The notes beneath the pieces are model-generated. The model was not told the DNA's origin and made no database searches. It saw only the letters and a program-made list of their open reading frames with translations. Of a stretch of 64,000 bases of DNA, positions 62,994-64,000 are shown one piece after another; position 1 is the stretch's first letter; each line of letters opens with the position of its first letter. The DNA is taken from IMG/VR virus record IMGVR_UViG_3300009285_005630; one strand, 5' to 3'. Source of the stretch: a virus. The translations under genes were made by a program, and so were the position numbers.

Positions 62994-64000
62994 ATGAAAA
63001 ACGCGCTGCTACGCTTGATTCTTCTCATTGCCCTACCGTGCCTTGCGCAAATCCCTGTCGTGGATGAGACGGGAGCGAATCATCGGATGCATAAGCAGGG
63101 CAATCTTTATCAACTTCAACCTGATGCCTCTCTATCTACACGGGCGTCAATGACTTTGAAGAAAGCAACGGGGCAAGTACAGAATATTTTTGATATCCTG
63201 GATACCGATGCTGCCCCCATGTGTGAAGTGGATTCTACAGGGGATTGGGATTTTCATGGTCATGCTTTAACTAATGCTGATATTTCTGGGGTAGAAACTG
63301 ACACGCTGGCGACTGTGTTGGGACGCGGCCGGACTACAACGCTCGTTCCGAAATTCCATGCCGGCGTGGAAATCGGATACGACAATTACCCGGCGTCGTG
63401 CCTGTCTATCCCTGCCCCGTTGACGTTCATTTCTTCAGACGATAGTGGGGCGGCGTGCTATCGGACTACGTTTTCCGCTGGAAGCCAAACACAGAATATC
63501 GCCTATACGCTCCCACCGGATGACGGTGATGCTGGTGAATTCATGCAGACGAATGGAAGCGGGGCATTGTCCTGGCAGACTGCCGTGACCGCAGAGGTTG
63601 ATCCTAAAGTAGGAACATTAACAAATACGAAATGGTGTGTAACTGATGGTAGTGTAGTTAATTGTGCTACCGATGCTCCTGTGACTGCCGAGGCCGACCC
63701 CATCGCAACGCATAGGGATGTGGATGAGATGATCACAGGGACATGGATGTATCAGACCTCGCCTGAGCCGTCTGCATCGTACTACTCAGTAGTGCCGCCT
63801 GGCTTATGGCGTTTAACGCATAGCGGCCACACGCATGATATAGCGTGGCCTACGGCTACTGGAACCCTGGCCCTTATATCCGACATTCAAGCTGAGGTAG
63901 ATCCACGCCTGCCTATCCCTGTTGATCCAACTGATGATGGCAAGGTTCTAACGGCCGCACGCGGCGACGCGGAATGGTCGGCGCTCCCCGCTGAGGTAGA
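62994..64000 (+). CDS. Fibre/adhesin-like protein with signal peptide, runs off the window
   Basis: Open frame to the window end; MKNALLRLILLIALPCLAQ; YTLPPDDG..G..MQTNGSGALSW; AE(V/A)DP repeats. Confidence 0.65.
   Translation, partial: MKNALLRLILLIALPCLAQIPVVDETGANHRMHKQGNLYQLQPDASLSTRASMTLKKATGQVQNIFDILDTDAAPMCEVDSTGDWDFHGHALTNADISGVETDTLATVLGRGRTTTLVPKFHAGVEIGYDNYPASCLSIPAPLTFISSDDSGAACYRTTFSAGSQTQNIAYTLPPDDGDAGEFMQTNGSGALSWQTAVTAEVDPKVGTLTNTKWCVTDGSVVNCATDAPVTAEADPIATHRDVDEMITGTWMYQTSPEPSASYYSVVPPGLWRLTHSGHTHDIAWPTATGTLALISDIQAEVDPRLPIPVDPTDDGKVLTAARGDAEWSALPAEV

Noticed and set aside
1-64000. Many minus-strand and nested ORFs in the track (e.g. 13359-14039, 17354-18226, 23711-24436, 24904-25695, 40803-41747)
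   Set aside because: They lie opposite or inside well-supported + strand genes, lack SD signals and motifs, and are expected shadow ORFs in GC-rich DNA.
1-64000. CRISPR array, tRNA, rRNA, integrase or transposase
   Set aside because: No regularly spaced direct repeats, no cloverleaf with T-loop consensus and no recombinase motifs seen by eye; tRNAscan-SE, Aragorn and a CRISPR finder would be needed to exclude them fully.

Overview
A 64 kb segment of a large tailed dsDNA phage genome, with every credible gene on the + strand. It opens with a lysis cassette (holin-like protein, M15 peptidase endolysin). Next is a ~7 kb run of small and multi-module proteins (2174-9117) that share a short repeated peptide tag, [VL]-D-x-L-L-x-E, either at the N-terminus or between modules. 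A structured ~800 nt non-coding region follows. Then comes a T4-like replication/recombination block: UvsW-like helicase, DnaB-like helicase, primase, family-A DNA polymerase with an N-terminal UDG domain, UvsY-like protein, gp32-like SSB, SbcD/SbcC-like pair and a resolvase. A long accessory region (about 25.8-50 kb) is driven by near-identical TTGACAAA promoters. It holds a sigma-like factor, two DNA methyltransferases, Lar-, Mor- and RlaP-like proteins, an Ntn protease, a lytic transglycosylase, several truncated or frameshifted genes (Thg1, MBL hydrolase, DHH phosphoesterase) and a degenerate prohead-protease paralogue. The last part has a gp23-like capsid paralogue, an intein-containing QueE-like radical SAM gene, GroES, large terminase, portal, a MuF-like head protein and fibre/spike-like genes. 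The best candidate for an undescribed system is the tagged-protein array. It looks like a capsid-targeting and protease-processing code used to load many unrelated cargo domains, some as polyproteins, into the head; this is inference by analogy with T4 internal proteins. All family assignments were made by eye from motifs and need HMM or structure confirmation. No tRNA, rRNA, CRISPR array or integrase was seen.
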